Source: Octopus sinensis (taxonomy: Eukaryota). Taken from it: 64,000 nt of DNA. The stretch lies in contig NC_043002.1 of the NCBI RefSeq assembly GCF_006345805.1, positions 12,276,001 to 12,340,000 of the forward strand, in the 5' to 3' direction. The stretch's first letter is position 1. Each line of letters opens with the position of its first letter. Below, piece by piece: positions 1 through 12,131 of the stretch. The notes beneath the pieces were generated by a model, which was given only the letters and a program-made list of their open reading frames with translations, made no database searches and had not been told where the DNA came from. The position numbers and the translations under genes are program-made.

Positions 1-1107
1 TGCATATACAAATTTTCGGTTACAAATTTCTATTCATATGGGTGTTATAGCATAAAATATGGTCATAGGGGTCCAACTGAACCCCATTGGCCGTCTGTGA
101 AATTATATTTTCCTGTTCTTTTTTCAGATATTCTGATGAACTATAAATCAATTTTCTTCGTATTTGTACTGGTATTAATCGATATATTAAATAATTTTGT
201 TTTATTTTATATTTAGTGTTATACGTATATTTTATAAAACCATAAAAACATCTTGACTTCTTTCAATAAAGGCTTTTTTCAGTCAGTAAATTATATTTTA
301 ATTCCCCTCCATTAAACGCTAATAATTACAAATATATACCCATAAAGTGTTAGATTTCTTGTTCTGTATCACACACCCACACACTTATATATACAAGATT
401 AGACAAATATTACTTTATAGACAGTGCGGAAATGCGCAAAAATAAAAAGGGCTTCCCTCAGGAACCCAATGGCTTTTTCTGTAATTCCAACCCCGCCGGC
501 CCACGAAAAATTAATTGCAGTTAGATTTTTGTGTGAATATAATCAGAGTGATATTTTCCGTTTGTCAATGGTTTAGTCTCTTTTCTGTATTGAACCATCA
601 AATTTAGTTAGCAAAATGCTAAGACTATGAGCTGTAAACATATGAAAGAGGAAATGAGAGAGAGAGGCGGAGGAGGAGGAGGTGGTGGTGTTACTATCTG
701 TTTGACTGATTAGATCTACAGATATATGTAAGACACTTCACAGACAGGACACTGTTGGCAGCAAGATACGACTGATAACAATCAACACGTTGTTTATTAC
801 AGAAACAGGAAGTTAGCAAAGAGGAAATTCCAGGACAAGGATTGTTTCTGGTCTGTAAATCAACAACACATATTGACACAATCACAAACAACCACACACA
901 CACACACACACACACACACATGCATGAATACGTATGTGTTTACATAAGTATAAATAGATTTTGAAAAACTCGGAACGGAAAGGAAACCTCGGACTTAGTG
1001 ATCACAAATGTCAGGATTGAATAAACTTTAGGCCATTTTCCTTACCAAGTATTGAGTACTTCTTGGTTGATTTCACCTAAATATGTGTAAGCAATCTTTG
1101 TATACTT

Positions 1108-1282
1108 AGGTGTAGGCATGGCGGAGTGCTTATGAATGTTGCTTTACAACCACGTTGTTTCAGGTTCAGCCCCACTGCGAGGAAATTCAGGCAAGCATTT
1201 TCTGATATAGCCGAGGACCAACCAATGCCTTGAGGGTGATTTTGGTAAAGGAAAACTGTGTGGAGGCTCGACTTATTTATGT

Positions 1283-1339
<57 letters not shown>

Positions 1340-1530
1340 AATTTGAAAAAGCCTTGTGAATGGATTTGGTAGACGGAAACAGAAAGAAGCCCATTGTATA
1401 TATGTGTGTGCGTGCGTGCGTGTGCGTGTGTGTGTGCGTGCATGCGTGCGCGTCACAATTTGAAAAAGTCTTGTTAATTGATTTGGAAGACGGAAATGTA
1501 TATAATGAATATATATTATATATATATATA

Positions 1531-1578
<48 letters not shown>

Positions 1579-1786
1579 TGTGTGTGTGTACTTTTCCCCC
1601 AACATCGCTTGACAACCGATGCTGGTGCGTTTACGGCCCCGTGACTTGAATATTAGACAAAATCGACCGATAGAATAAGTTCTAGGCTTACAAAGAATAA
1701 GTCTTGGATTCGACTTGCTCGACTAAAGGCGGTGCTCCAGCATGGCCGCAGTGAAATCAGTGAAACAAGTAAAAGAATAAAAGAAT
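1108..1786 (+). mobile_element. SINE family C (tRNA head + CORE-like domain + central microsatellite + CR1-type tail), degenerate, with partial internal duplication
   Basis: Degenerate head (ggttcagccccactgcg...ggcaagc), body aagccttgtgaatggatttggtagacggaaac present twice, (TG)n/(TA)n, then the shared tail ...aaaggcggtgctccagcatggccgcagtgaaatcagtgaaacaagtaaaagaataa. Matches the copies at 12.5, 34 and 54.6 kb. Confidence 0.8.
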
Positions 1787-2057
1787 ATATGCGTGCGTAT
1801 ACGTGTGTGCGTGTATGTATGCAGAAGCACGTGTGCTTGTGTTTGTGTGTGTGTGTGTATGTGTGTATGTCTGTGTGTGTGTGGAGGGAGAAGAAAGGAA
1901 AAAGAGGAAAGGGGGGGAGGAAAAAAAGAAAGACAGTCAAGTAAGAGAAAAAGACAAAAGAAAGCAGAAAGAAATAGAGTCAGAGAGAAAGAAAGAAACA
2001 AGGAGAGAAAGGGGGTCACTTTTCTTTCTTTCTTTTTCACTGTAAATTTTTTTTTTT

Positions 2058-2181
2058 GTACTTGTTTCAGTCATTTGACTGCGGCCATGCTGGAGCACCG
2101 CCTTTAGTCGAGCAAATCGACCCCGGGACTTATTCTTTGTAAGGCCAGTACTTATTCTATCGATCTTTTGCCGAACCGCTA
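2058..2181 (-). mobile_element. SINE family C 3' fragment
   Basis: Reverse complement of the family C tail (cttgtttcagtcatttgactgcggccatgctggagcaccgcc...gccgaaccgct). Confidence 0.8.
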
Positions 2182-2497
2182 TGGCTTTTATTGTATTTTT
2201 ATGGTCAGTCATTTTACAGGTGCTTGATCTTCATGACGTTTCAAGATGTTATTTTTGTATTTTAAAATCAGAGGAGGAAAGACAAGGAAGAAGAACAAGA
2301 AAGAAAATAAGGAAAGAAAAAAACAAAGAAACAAAGAAAGAGTGAAAGAGAGGAAAGAGAAAGAAGGAATAAGACAAATGGACGCCTTTTTCAATTCTAT
2401 TGAATTCATGTGGTCAGCTTACTAATAAATAATCCAAGACGCCAAATTTTAGTCATTGATTATAAAAGAACCTCTCTCTCTCTCTCTCATTATATAG

Positions 2498-2917
2498 ATA
2501 TCTATATCTTTACTGCCCACAAGGGGCTAAACACACAGAGGACAAACAAGGACAGATGAACGGATTAAGTCGAATATATCAACCCCAGTGCGTAACTGTT
2601 ACTTATTTAATCGACCCCGTAAGGATAAAAGGCAACGTCGACCTCGGCGGAATTTGAACTCAGAACGTAGCGGCAGACGAAATAGCTATTTCTTTATTAC
2701 CCACAAGGGACTAAACATAGAGGGGACAAACAAGGACAGACAAAGGGATTAAGTCGATTACAACGACCCCAGTGTGAAACTGGTACTTTATTTATCGACC
2801 CCGAAAGGATGAAAGGCAAAGTCGACCTCGGCGGAACTTGAACTCAGAACGTAGCGGCAGACGAAATACCGTTAAGCATTTCGACCAGTGTGCTAACGTT
2901 TCTGCCAGCTCGCCGCC
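2498..2917 (-). mobile_element. SINE family A, head plus two ~184-bp body/tail units
   Basis: Reverse complement of ggcggcgagctggcagaaacgttagc...gagttcaaattccgccgaggtcgactttgcctttcatcctttcggggtcgat...agccccttgtggg. The body occurs twice. Confidence 0.85.
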
Positions 2918-2977
2918 GTTCTCTCTTATTATATGCATATTAAGTATATAGATATCAAGTAATTATACATATACATA

Positions 2978-3262
2978 CGCGGAGGAGTGGCTGTGTGGGT
3001 AAGAAGCTTGGTTCCCATCCTTATTGTTCCGGGTTCAGTCACACCACGTGGCACTTTGGGCAAGTGACTTCTACTATGGACTCACGCCGACCAAAGCCTT
3101 ATGAGTGGATTTGATTGACTGAACGAAGCCTATCGTGTCTATACTAGCGGTTCGGCCTAAGAGACCGAAAGAATAAGTCCTGGGGTCAAATTATTCGACT
3201 AAAGGTGGTGCTCCATCATGGTCATAATCAAAATAACAGAAAACAAATTAAAGTATAAAAGA
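2978..3262 (+). mobile_element. SINE family C, internally deleted
   Basis: Head gcggaggagtggctgtgtgg...ccgggttcagtc...ggcactttgggcaagtg joined directly to the tail part tagcggttcggc...ggtgctccatcatggtc. Confidence 0.75.
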
Positions 3263-3337
3263 ATACACACACACACACACACACATACACACATACTCAC
3301 AGTGTCACACATGTGCATTATATGTATATAGATATAA

Positions 3338-3762
3338 GTCGGTGAGCTGGCAGAAACGTTAGCACGCCGGGCGAAATGCTTACCGGGATTTCGTCTGTCT
3401 TTACGTCCTTAGTTCAAATCCCGCCGAGGTCGACTTTGCTTTTCATCCTTTCGGGGTCGATAAATTAAGTACCTGTTGCACATTGGGGTCAATGTAATCG
3501 ACTTAATCCCTTTGTCTGTCCTTCTTTGTCCCCTCTATGTTTAGCCCCTAATGAAATTAGAATCCTTAGCACGCCGGGCGAAATGGTTAGCAGTGTTTCG
3601 TCTGTTTTTACGTTCTTAGTTCAAATTCCGGTGAGGTCGACTTTGCCTTTCATCCTTTCGGGGGCGATAAATTAAGTACCTGTTGCATATTGGAGTCGAT
3701 CTAATCGACTGGGACCCCTTCACCAAAATTTCAGGCCTTGCACATAGAGCAGAGAAAAGAAT
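3338..3762 (+). mobile_element. Two adjacent SINE family A copies with different 3' tails
   Basis: Copy 1 (3338-3551) ends ...tctatgtttagccccta. Copy 2 (3562-3762) ends ...accaaaatttcaggccttgcacatagagcagagaaaagaat. Confidence 0.8.
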
Positions 3763-3812
3763 ATATGTATTATATGTGCGTGTGTGTTATGTGTGTGTGA
3801 GTATAAATATAT

Positions 3813-3864
<52 letters not shown>

Positions 3865-3868
3865 ATAT

Positions 3869-4500
3869 AATAGTTATCGCCATACTAATATGGCATTCTT
3901 ATAAAAATAAGAAAAAAGCTGTCCGCTTATTAGGTCCATGAGGCCATCGCCTTAAGTTAGCTATTTGATACACAAACTGTATCCATATAACCTTCGAACA
4001 AGGAGGTCAGTCGCTCCACACTACTAATAAGCGGACAGCTTTTTTCTTATTTTTATAAGAATGCCATATTAGTATGCGATAACTATTATTTTCCGGGAAC
4101 GCTGCCGCTGTTCTCTTTTAGAGAGACTTTTATTTTAATATTTCTATTATTGAATTACAAGTGGATGTATTCCACCGAAACTAGGTAAATAAAAAAACCA
4201 TCGAACAGAGATTGTCGGAAGCGACACCTACTGGCTGGCTACGCTGCATTGAAAAGGGGCAATACCCCGAAACGCGTCTGTAGCTGCGGTCAAGCAGGTG
4301 GAGCGACTGACCTCCCTTGTTCGAAGGTTATATGGATACAGTTTGTTGTATCAAATAGCTAACTTAAGGCGATGGCCTCATGGAGCTAATAAGCGGACAG
4401 CTTTTTTCTTATTTTTATAAGAATGCCATATTAGTATGGCGATAACTATTATTTTCCGGGAACGCTGCCGCTGTTCTCTTTTAGAGAGACTTAGTTATCT
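3869..4500 (+). mobile_element. Penelope-like pseudo-LTR remnant with inverted and direct partial repeats
   Basis: 3869-4020 is the reverse complement of 4298-4450. 4024-4127 directly repeats 4386-4490. A hammerhead-like motif lies at 4238-4284 and (TA)n flanks both sides. No ORF is present. Confidence 0.6.
4238..4284 (+). ncRNA. Minimal type I hammerhead ribozyme-like motif (core disrupted)
   Basis: gctacg-CTGcATtGAAaa-gggg caata cccc-GAAA-CGCG-TC-tgtagc. Stem I gctacg/tgtagc, stem II GGGG/CCCC, palindromic stem III ACGCGT, GUC cleavage triplet. The CUGAUGA box carries two extra bases. Confidence 0.55.
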
Positions 4501-4616
4501 TAATATTCTATTATAATATATTATATATATATATTATATAATATATATATATATTATATATAATATATATATATATATACACATATATATACACATAATA
4601 TATACATATATATGTA

Positions 4617-5374
4617 TAAACTTAGATAAACTTAGATATGTTTCGACCAAAGATTGGTCCAGGCCATGTCTATCTTAATAGCACCACACCTGATAAGATT
4701 ATTCGAATCCTGTTTAAGTAAAGTTTTGTTCAAGTAGTGAGTTCTTGTTGGGTGAGTTGTATCCAGTTTTATTCAAGTAGTGAGTTCTTGTTGGGTGAGT
4801 TGTATCCAATTATGGGTGGCTTATCTTGTATTCTTTGAAGGAATCTATCCAGACTCTGTTTAAAGTTGATGGGATCCTTTTCCACTTTGATCTCCCTCGG
4901 GACAATGTTAAATAGGGCAGGGCCTATTGAGGAAAAGAAATTATGTTGCAGTGTACATGTATGTTGTGATCTTGAATTGGGCAGGGGACGTATAGCCCGT
5001 GGTCCAAGTCTTGGGCAAAGTTGGCGGTATATTTTCCACACCGTACAAATGATGTACCGCTCACGGCGACGCTGGAGGGAGTAAAGTTTCAAGGCTTTAA
5101 GGCGATCCCAATAATCGAGAGCATAATCAATTTGTTTAGTGAGAGCCCTCTGGGGTGACTCAATTCTGGAGATGTTTTGTCTTGTGTGAGGAGACCACAG
5201 TGGGCAGCAGTATTCAAGGTGTGGCCGTACAAAGGAGGAAAAAAGTGGTATGATGACACCTTGTTCTCTGGACCGGAAAGTTCTTAAGATCAGGAACTCA
5301 TCCTACGAGCTATATCGAGCTTCTTGTTGATGTGTGCACTCCAACTGAGATCGTCATCAACAATTACACCCAGG
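4617..5374 (-). mobile_element. CR1-group LINE, 5'-truncated (ORF2 C-terminus + 3' UTR)
   Basis: Minus-strand translation LGVIVDDDLSWSAHI...ILRTF...RPHLEYCCPLWSPH...LKLYSLQRRRERY...FKQSLDRFL. A 37-bp tandem duplication lies at the stop (4731-4808). Tail catggcctggacc-aatcttt-ggtcgaaac followed by (tatctaagtt)2. Confidence 0.85.
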
Positions 5375-5486
5375 TATATATATATATGTATGTATGTATG
5401 TATACATGTATGTATACACATATATATATACGTCTGTGTGTGTGTATATGTGTGTGCATCTGTGTGTATGTATTTATTAATATACA

Positions 5487-5517
<31 letters not shown>

Positions 5518-5825
5518 GCAGAAAGATAAATATACAACTTTTGACACATTCATCTTCGGAGATCATGTATATAGTCTATGCGATTCACCAGAACATTCAG
5601 AATGTTCGTATTACTAATTAATTATTTAATTAATTAATTAATTAATTTCAGAATGGATTATACTGGTAGCGTCACAATACACACATACGTGTACATACAT
5701 ATACATGTATATATATGCGTGTTTGTATGTATGAATGTATATGTATATGTATATATAATATATATATATGTGTATATATATTCTATAATATCTATCTATC
5801 TATCTATCTATATATATATATATTA

Positions 5826-5856
<31 letters not shown>

Positions 5857-6530
5857 CATACATACATATATAAGTGTGCATGTGAGATTGTGAATGTATG
5901 TGTGTGTATATAATGAATGTATATATGAGTGTTTATATGTATATATAGTATCTATAGGATACGCAGTTTCGGTTATCTCATCCTTAAATCCTTTATTTTA
6001 ACTAATGACTTAAATACTAAGAACAATTGTGTTTTTAACAAATATTTACACAACGATGAATGGTTTACCAGATTAAGTGGAAGAAAAGAAAACGACTTTA
6101 TCGAAGTTTTTGGATTATGTCCATTATTGATGAAAATAGTTTAGAGAGAGCATTGTAAAAATCGGCAAAATCTCTTAAATCCTTATTCACTGAATACAAA
6201 GGAAGATAATCTGTTTTTCTCGTGTTTTCCTTTTCTTAAACCCCCGTCTGTTTGTCTGAGATGGAGCTGTTACAATGAATGATAAGCGTCGTTATGTTAC
6301 CGAAGACTGCGTTTTCGGTTTCGTTTGTGCTACAGTAATTTGTGTCGAATAGGGGTAGAAATAATTTATTAGAATGTGTGACATTACTGCTGCAAGCATC
6401 CAACTTTTTAAGTCTCAAAAAATTAGACAAAAGTTTTAATTCCCAGACAAGCAAATTTCGATAACAAAAATTCAATAAATTTGAAGTTATCTGACAATAA
6501 CTGCAAATGGGTAAACTAGCTAATATCTGG

Positions 6531-6830
6531 TGGGAGCACTTGGCCTAGTGGTTAGAACAGCGGCCTTGTGGTCGAGGGATCGCGGGTTCGAATCTCAGAC
6601 CGGGCGCTGTGTGTGTTTATAAGCGAAACACCTAAGCTCCACGCAGCTCCGGCAGAAGGTAATGGCAAACTTCAACTGATTCTTTCGCCACAACTTTCTC
6701 TCACTCTTTCCTTTTGCATCTTGCGGCTCACCTGCGACGGACCGGCGTCCCGTCCAGGTGGGGAACCTATACGCCAAGGAAACCGGGAAACCGGCCCTAA
6801 TGAGCCAGGCGTGGCTCGAGAGGAAACAAA
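6531..6830 (+). mobile_element. SINE family B (tRNA-derived head)
   Basis: A box tggcctagtgg and B box ggttcgaatct. Body cacctgcgacggaccggcgtcccgtccaggtgggg and tail atgagccaggcgtggctcgagaggaaac. Five further copies occur in the window. Confidence 0.85.
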
Positions 6831-6973
6831 AGAAAAGAAAAAAAAAGCTAAAATTCGACAGATTAGGAGTTCAGATTTTAAATCGAAGACAAAGGAAGAG
6901 AATATCTAATTTCTTCTTTGCTCATTACACGCACACACGCACACACACACATGTATATATATACATACATACA

Positions 6974-7023
<50 letters not shown>

Positions 7024-7084
7024 ATATATATATATATATATAATATATATATATATATATACATATGCATACGTATGTATGTAT

Positions 7085-7116
<32 letters not shown>

Positions 7117-7846
7117 GAATGTATATCTAATTTTCTCTTTACTCATTACTTATATAATTTTCCCCATATTAAATATATACATGCGTATGCATATTTATAA
7201 TAATTATAAAATATATTATAATATAACAATCTCTTCTTTATTCAATACAAAGATATTATGTAAAATTTTGCTAATTACTAATTACAAAGGAGTGAAAATT
7301 TCTAGTCATTTGTAATCATGAACAGCGCCAAGCTCATATTTAAATATATAAATACTAAGTCCTATCATGTCTGAAAAGCTTCCTTACCTGCATTCCATAT
7401 AGTAACAAAATATACAAACAATAAATACATATATTAATAATACATACAAACAGAATCAGAATCTACGTAACAAAGGCTTCTCTTATATTCGGAATTTTTT
7501 ATTCTTTTATTCTTTCACTGGTTTCAGCCATGCAGCTGCGGTCATGCTGGAGCACTGCCGTAGTCGTTTTGATTTCCTCAGTCTAGGGTGTTTCACATCA
7601 CCATTCCTGCATGTGCCTTTGTCCCAGCTGTTAGCCCATTTGGTGTATAATGTAGTTTGACTCCGCTGCCCTCGTCTGCCCCTCTTGTCAAGCTGTTTGG
7701 TCATCCAGTATTGTGAAGAGGAGGATGTCTAGTTCCTTTTTGAAGACATCTACTTCCACAGTTCTATATTTAAGAGATGGGGAATTATGTACGTTATTTA
7801 TATTATTTACATTCGACGGATATTTGTCCTCATCTTGTATGTTGTT

Positions 7847-7892
7847 AATACAACGTTTCGGCTGATATACACTCCAGTCTTCTTCAGGTGTC
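7847..7892 (-). ncRNA. Minimal type I hammerhead-like motif (SINE E, left arm)
   Basis: gacac-CTGAAGA-a-gactg gagtgtatat cagcc-GAAA-cg-TT-gtatt. Catalytic boxes intact, with one mismatch each in stems I and II. Confidence 0.65.
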
Positions 7893-8146
7893 CTGGGGAA
7901 ATTTCGAACCTGGGTTCTCATTCCTAAGGTATTTTTCGATATTATTGTTATTATTATTGTTATTGTTCAGGTCACTGCTTGGAATCGAACTCGGAATCTG
8001 GGGATAATAGCCCGCACTCTTAATCACTACGCCATATGCCAGTAGGCATATGACATAGTGACCTGAACAATATGAATAATAGTAATAATGATTATGATAT
8101 CCCAAAATACCTTAAGAATGAGAACCCAGGTTCGAAGTTCCCCCAG

Positions 8147-8192
8147 GACACCCGAAGAAGGCTGGAGGGTATACCAGCCAAAACGTTGTGTT
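8147..8192 (+). ncRNA. Minimal type I hammerhead-like motif (SINE E, right arm)
   Basis: gacac-CCGAAGA-a-ggctg gagggtatac cagcc-AAAA-cg-TT-gtgtt. Stems fully paired (one G-U in stem I), with two substitutions in the core. Confidence 0.6.
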
Positions 8193-8609
8193 AACAACAA
8201 ACAAGATGAGGACAAATATCCATCGAATGTAAATAATGTAAATAATCTACTCCCACGTTATGCAAATTTCTTAATTTTTGTGGCAAGGCGTTGAAGAGCT
8301 GTAGGCCTTTGAACTGTAGACTATTACAGTACCTGGTCCTGAATTGAGATGGAGTGAATGATACCTTTGGTACAATACATTGGCAGCCAGTTCTGGCATT
8401 TGTATAACACTCACTGCCGAAATTAGGTGCTAATCCTTCTAGGATTATCCATATTGCATATCTCTCACGCCATCGCTTCAGAGAATAAAATTGCAGTGTT
8501 AACAGCCTATCCTCCTAGCTTATCCGCTGCCCTGTTTCAATTGTTTTAGTGTAGTAGCGTTGGACTGCTTCAAGTTTCGTTGTTACGTTTGGCACTATGC
8601 AGTGACCAT

Positions 8610-8916
8610 TGTTTGTTCCTTCTCAAGCCATGCCTGCCTCCTAAGGGCCGGTTTCCCGGTTTCCTTGGCGCATAGGTTCCCCACCTGAACGGGACGCCGG
8701 TCCGTCGCAGGTGAGCTGCAAGATGCAGGAGGAAAGAGTGAGAGAAAGTTGTGGCGAAAGAGTCAGCAGAGGTTCGCCATTACCTTCTGCCGGAGCCGCG
8801 TGGAGCTTAGGTGTTTCGCTCATAAACACACACACATCACCCGTTCTGAGATCCGAACCCGTGATCCCTCGACCGCGAGTCCGCTGCTCTAACAACTTGG
8901 CCATGTGCCTCCACGT
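8610..8916 (-). mobile_element. SINE family B, full length
   Basis: Reverse complement of the family B consensus, flanked by a 9-bp TSD agtgaccat (8601-8609 and 8919-8927). Confidence 0.9.
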
Positions 8917-9962
8917 GTAGTGACCATACTGAAATTAAATTAGCTACGATCAGTTAACACTCTGGATAGCTAAAGCAATAATCACAATGAAGTCCTGTTA
9001 CTTATATAAGAATTTGTTGTTATTCCACACACACATTTGCATAATAATGCTAAAGCTCTCTAGAATCTTCTCACCCCTGTAAATCATTTGAAGTTTTTCA
9101 TTATGAAAATCGATTTTTAATAAAGAAACAACAACAGTTCAATTTATTGTTAAACCATTCATTCTAACCTCAATTTATAAGGCAAAATTTTATAGTACTT
9201 CATTACAGTTATCATACTACGGGCAACATCTGAAAAGAAATTTACTAAATCGTTACAGAACCAGTTTTATTGTACAGTTTATTTTCAGCAACATCTTTTT
9301 ACCATCATAATTCAAATCTCACTTGTGTAGACTATCTACCTTCCCTAAAGGGTCGTTGTAAATAATAAAAGATGCGGTCGAAAAGCTGCCTAGATGTGAC
9401 ATGTTTGGTTGTGCAAAATATGGGAGATTCTTTTCTTGTACGAGCCAGTAATTGTGTATTGTTTCTCAAATAGAAAACATTCTTAAAAGACTGTTGGTGT
9501 GACAGAATTCTTCCGAGGTTCAGAGGAAAGACGTTCTAGTTAGTGTTTAGATATTTCCGTCCATTTCCCTGAGTTGAAAGCGTGCCAGACACCAGCCTTT
9601 ACTTTTAAATCTCCTCAATCGATAAAAATAGGAGAATACTTAGCCATGCCAATACTAACCATGTCAATTCCATTGACTATGATGACACTCACCCACAAAA
9701 TCCCTGGCATTTTGCCAGTGAAAGAAATCATTATATATATATGATAGCGGAAACATTATTTAACATTGCGAGTGTCCGAAGATATTTTTTGTAAGTTATT
9801 TCACGGTATGTGTATGGGCAATGACCTTGATCTTTGACACTGGTGAGATTGATGCGGGAGATGTCCAGCTAGGAATTTCTAAATCAATATTTCTATTTTA
9901 AATGTTTGCTTCAAATACGACCAGAAATTTAGTACGAATGCTTACAAGAAAATGAACAATCT

Positions 9963-10738
9963 TATATCTTTATTGCCCACAAGGGGCAAACATAGAGGGG
10001 AGAAACAAGGACAGACAAAGGTATTAAGTAGATTACATCGACCCTAGTATGTAACTGGTACTTAATTTATCGACCCCGAAAGGATGAAAGGCAAAGTCGA
10101 CCTCGAGGGAATTTGAACTGAGAACGTAACGGCAGACGAAATACCTATATCTTTACTACCCACAAGGTGCTAAACACAGAGAGGACAAACAAGGACAGAC
10201 AAACGGATGAAGTCGATTATATCGACCCCAGTGCGTAACTGGTACTTAATTCGTCGACCCCGAAAGGATGAAAGGCAAAGTCGACCTCGGCGGAATTTGA
10301 ACTCAGAACGTAGCGGCAGACGAAATACCTATTTCTTTACTACCCACAAGGGGCTAAACACAGAGAGGACAAACAAGGACAGACAAACGGATGAAGTCGA
10401 TTATATCGACCCCAGTGCGTAACTGGTACTTAATTCGTCGACCCCGAAAGGATGAAAGGCAAAGTCGACCTCGGCGGAATTTGAACTCAGAACGTAGCGG
10501 CAGACGAAATACCTATTTCTTTTCTACCCACAAAGGGCTAAACACAGAGAGGACAAACAAGGACAGACAAACGGATTAAGCCGATTACATCGACCCCAGT
10601 TCGTAACTGGTACTTAATTTATCGACCCAGAAAAGATGAAAGGCAAAGCCGACCTCGGTTGAATTTGAACTCAGAACGTAACGGCAGACGAAATACCGCC
10701 AAGCATTTCGCCCGGCGTGCTAACATTTCTGCCAGCTC
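9963..10738 (-). mobile_element. SINE family A with four tandem 184-bp body/tail units
   Basis: Head at 10696-10738. Units start near 9963, 10147, 10331 and 10515. The identical spurious ORFs at 10207 and 10391 confirm the 184-bp period. Confidence 0.9.
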
Positions 10739-11631
10739 TAAAGGCCTCCAAATACCAGGTTTTCTTTTTATTACTGTTTCACGTAAAATCGGGAGCCGGC
10801 CGAAACGTTTGCTCGCCAGACTAAACGATTTGCGGCATTTCTTGTGGCTTTGCATTGTAAATTTAAACGCCATCGGGATCGATGACCTAAGAACCAATTG
10901 GCCACTAGGTTTGATGAAATCAACTAACCCTTCACCTCCCACACACATACACTCACATACCAAATTTCAGGCCTTGCGCGTGCAGTAGAAAGGATTATTG
11001 TTACCAAATATGTTTACCCCGCAGAACGGAGTACAATCGAACACAGTGCCCTGTCCCTAGGATACACCACCCCCCCGTTTGTTTCTTTGTTCTTATTTTC
11101 ATATCGAAAGCTCTCTATGTCATACTGTAGAGTACAATCCGAGCAGTGTTACTTTCTATATTTTGTACAAAGACTGCATACATTTCGGATTATGCAGTTG
11201 TTAGCATTTCATCATTCACAACTACGATTCCTCGTTTTAGTTTTTTCCTTCTCCTGGATTCGCTTCTGTTACTTTCCTTGCAATTTCAAATGCAAGTCCC
11301 TCGCTTCGACTTTCGTTTTAACTCTCATAAGACCCGAGAAGAAAACACCAGGGATCTCCGTTTTCTTATTATTCCAATTGATAATGACTGAATATGAAGA
11401 AGAGTTAAGCATTCGGAATACGTTAACTTTCACAGATAATCAATCATCGGTTAATGAAGCGAGTGTAGCTTTTGTTTGTCTTTATTTACAGCTTTTTAAA
11501 AAATGTCTAATATACGTAATTGGAAAAGAAAAACATGGATTTTGATTCTCTTCTCTTGATAATGGTAGAGCAAGAAGAAAATTAAAACTAAAGGGAAATG
11601 TCTAATCATCACATCAAATCAACCAACATTT

Positions 11632-11632
11632 C

Positions 11633-11684
<52 letters not shown>

Positions 11685-11789
11685 GTGGTGGTGGTGGTGG
11701 TGGTGGCGGTGGTGGTGGTGGCGGTGGTGGTGGTAGCAGTAGTGGTGGTGGTGGTGGTGGCGGTAGTAGTAGTAGTAGTAGTGGTGGTG

Positions 11790-11848
<59 letters not shown>

Positions 11849-11882
11849 GGTGGTGGTGGTGGTGGTGGTAGCAGTAGGGGTG

Positions 11883-11926
<44 letters not shown>

Positions 11927-11954
11927 GTGGTAGCAGTAGTGGTAGTAGTAGTAA

Positions 11955-11985
<31 letters not shown>

Positions 11986-12064
11986 GGTGGTGGTGGTGGT
12001 AGTAGTAGTGGTGGTGGTGGTAGTAGTAGTATTAGTAGTAGTAGTAGTGGTGGTGGTGGTAGTG

Positions 12065-12131
<67 letters not shown>

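Larger units (their letters stand above)
7760..8244 (-). mobile_element. SINE family E: tRNA head + (AAT)n + hammerhead-containing tail, with an inverted duplicate of the tail
   Basis: tRNA-like head at 7970-8040 (minus: tggcgtagtga...gagttcgattcc). Arms of about 180 bp (7785-7976 and 8057-8244) are reverse complements. Flanked by a 12-bp direct repeat with one mismatch, atctacttccac (7748-7759) and atctactcccac (8245-8256), within the CR1. Confidence 0.8.
7500..8490 (-). mobile_element. CR1-group LINE 3' fragment, interrupted by the 7760-8244 insertion
   Basis: Minus-strand translation YSLKRWRERYAIWIILEGLAPNF...KGLQLFNALPQKLRNLHNVGVD resumes after the insertion as VDVFKKELDILL. 3' UTR ggcagtgctccagcatgaccgcagctgcatggctgaaacc with an (aagaataa)n tail. 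Confidence 0.8.

Noticed and set aside
120-170. CTGATGA at about 133 as a hammerhead core
   Set aside because: No downstream stem II/GAAA in register.
6531-6605. tRNA genes at the heads of families A, B, C and E
   Set aside because: A/B boxes are present but acceptor stems are incomplete, and each head is followed by a shared SINE body, several with TSDs.
9963-10738. Regularly spaced repeats suggestive of a CRISPR array
   Set aside because: The units are contiguous 184-bp SINE bodies with no unique spacers, there are no cas genes, and the context is eukaryotic.
11087-11545. 152-aa ORF in non-repetitive sequence
   Set aside because: Non-ATG start, no recognisable domain, and composition typical of AT-rich non-coding DNA.
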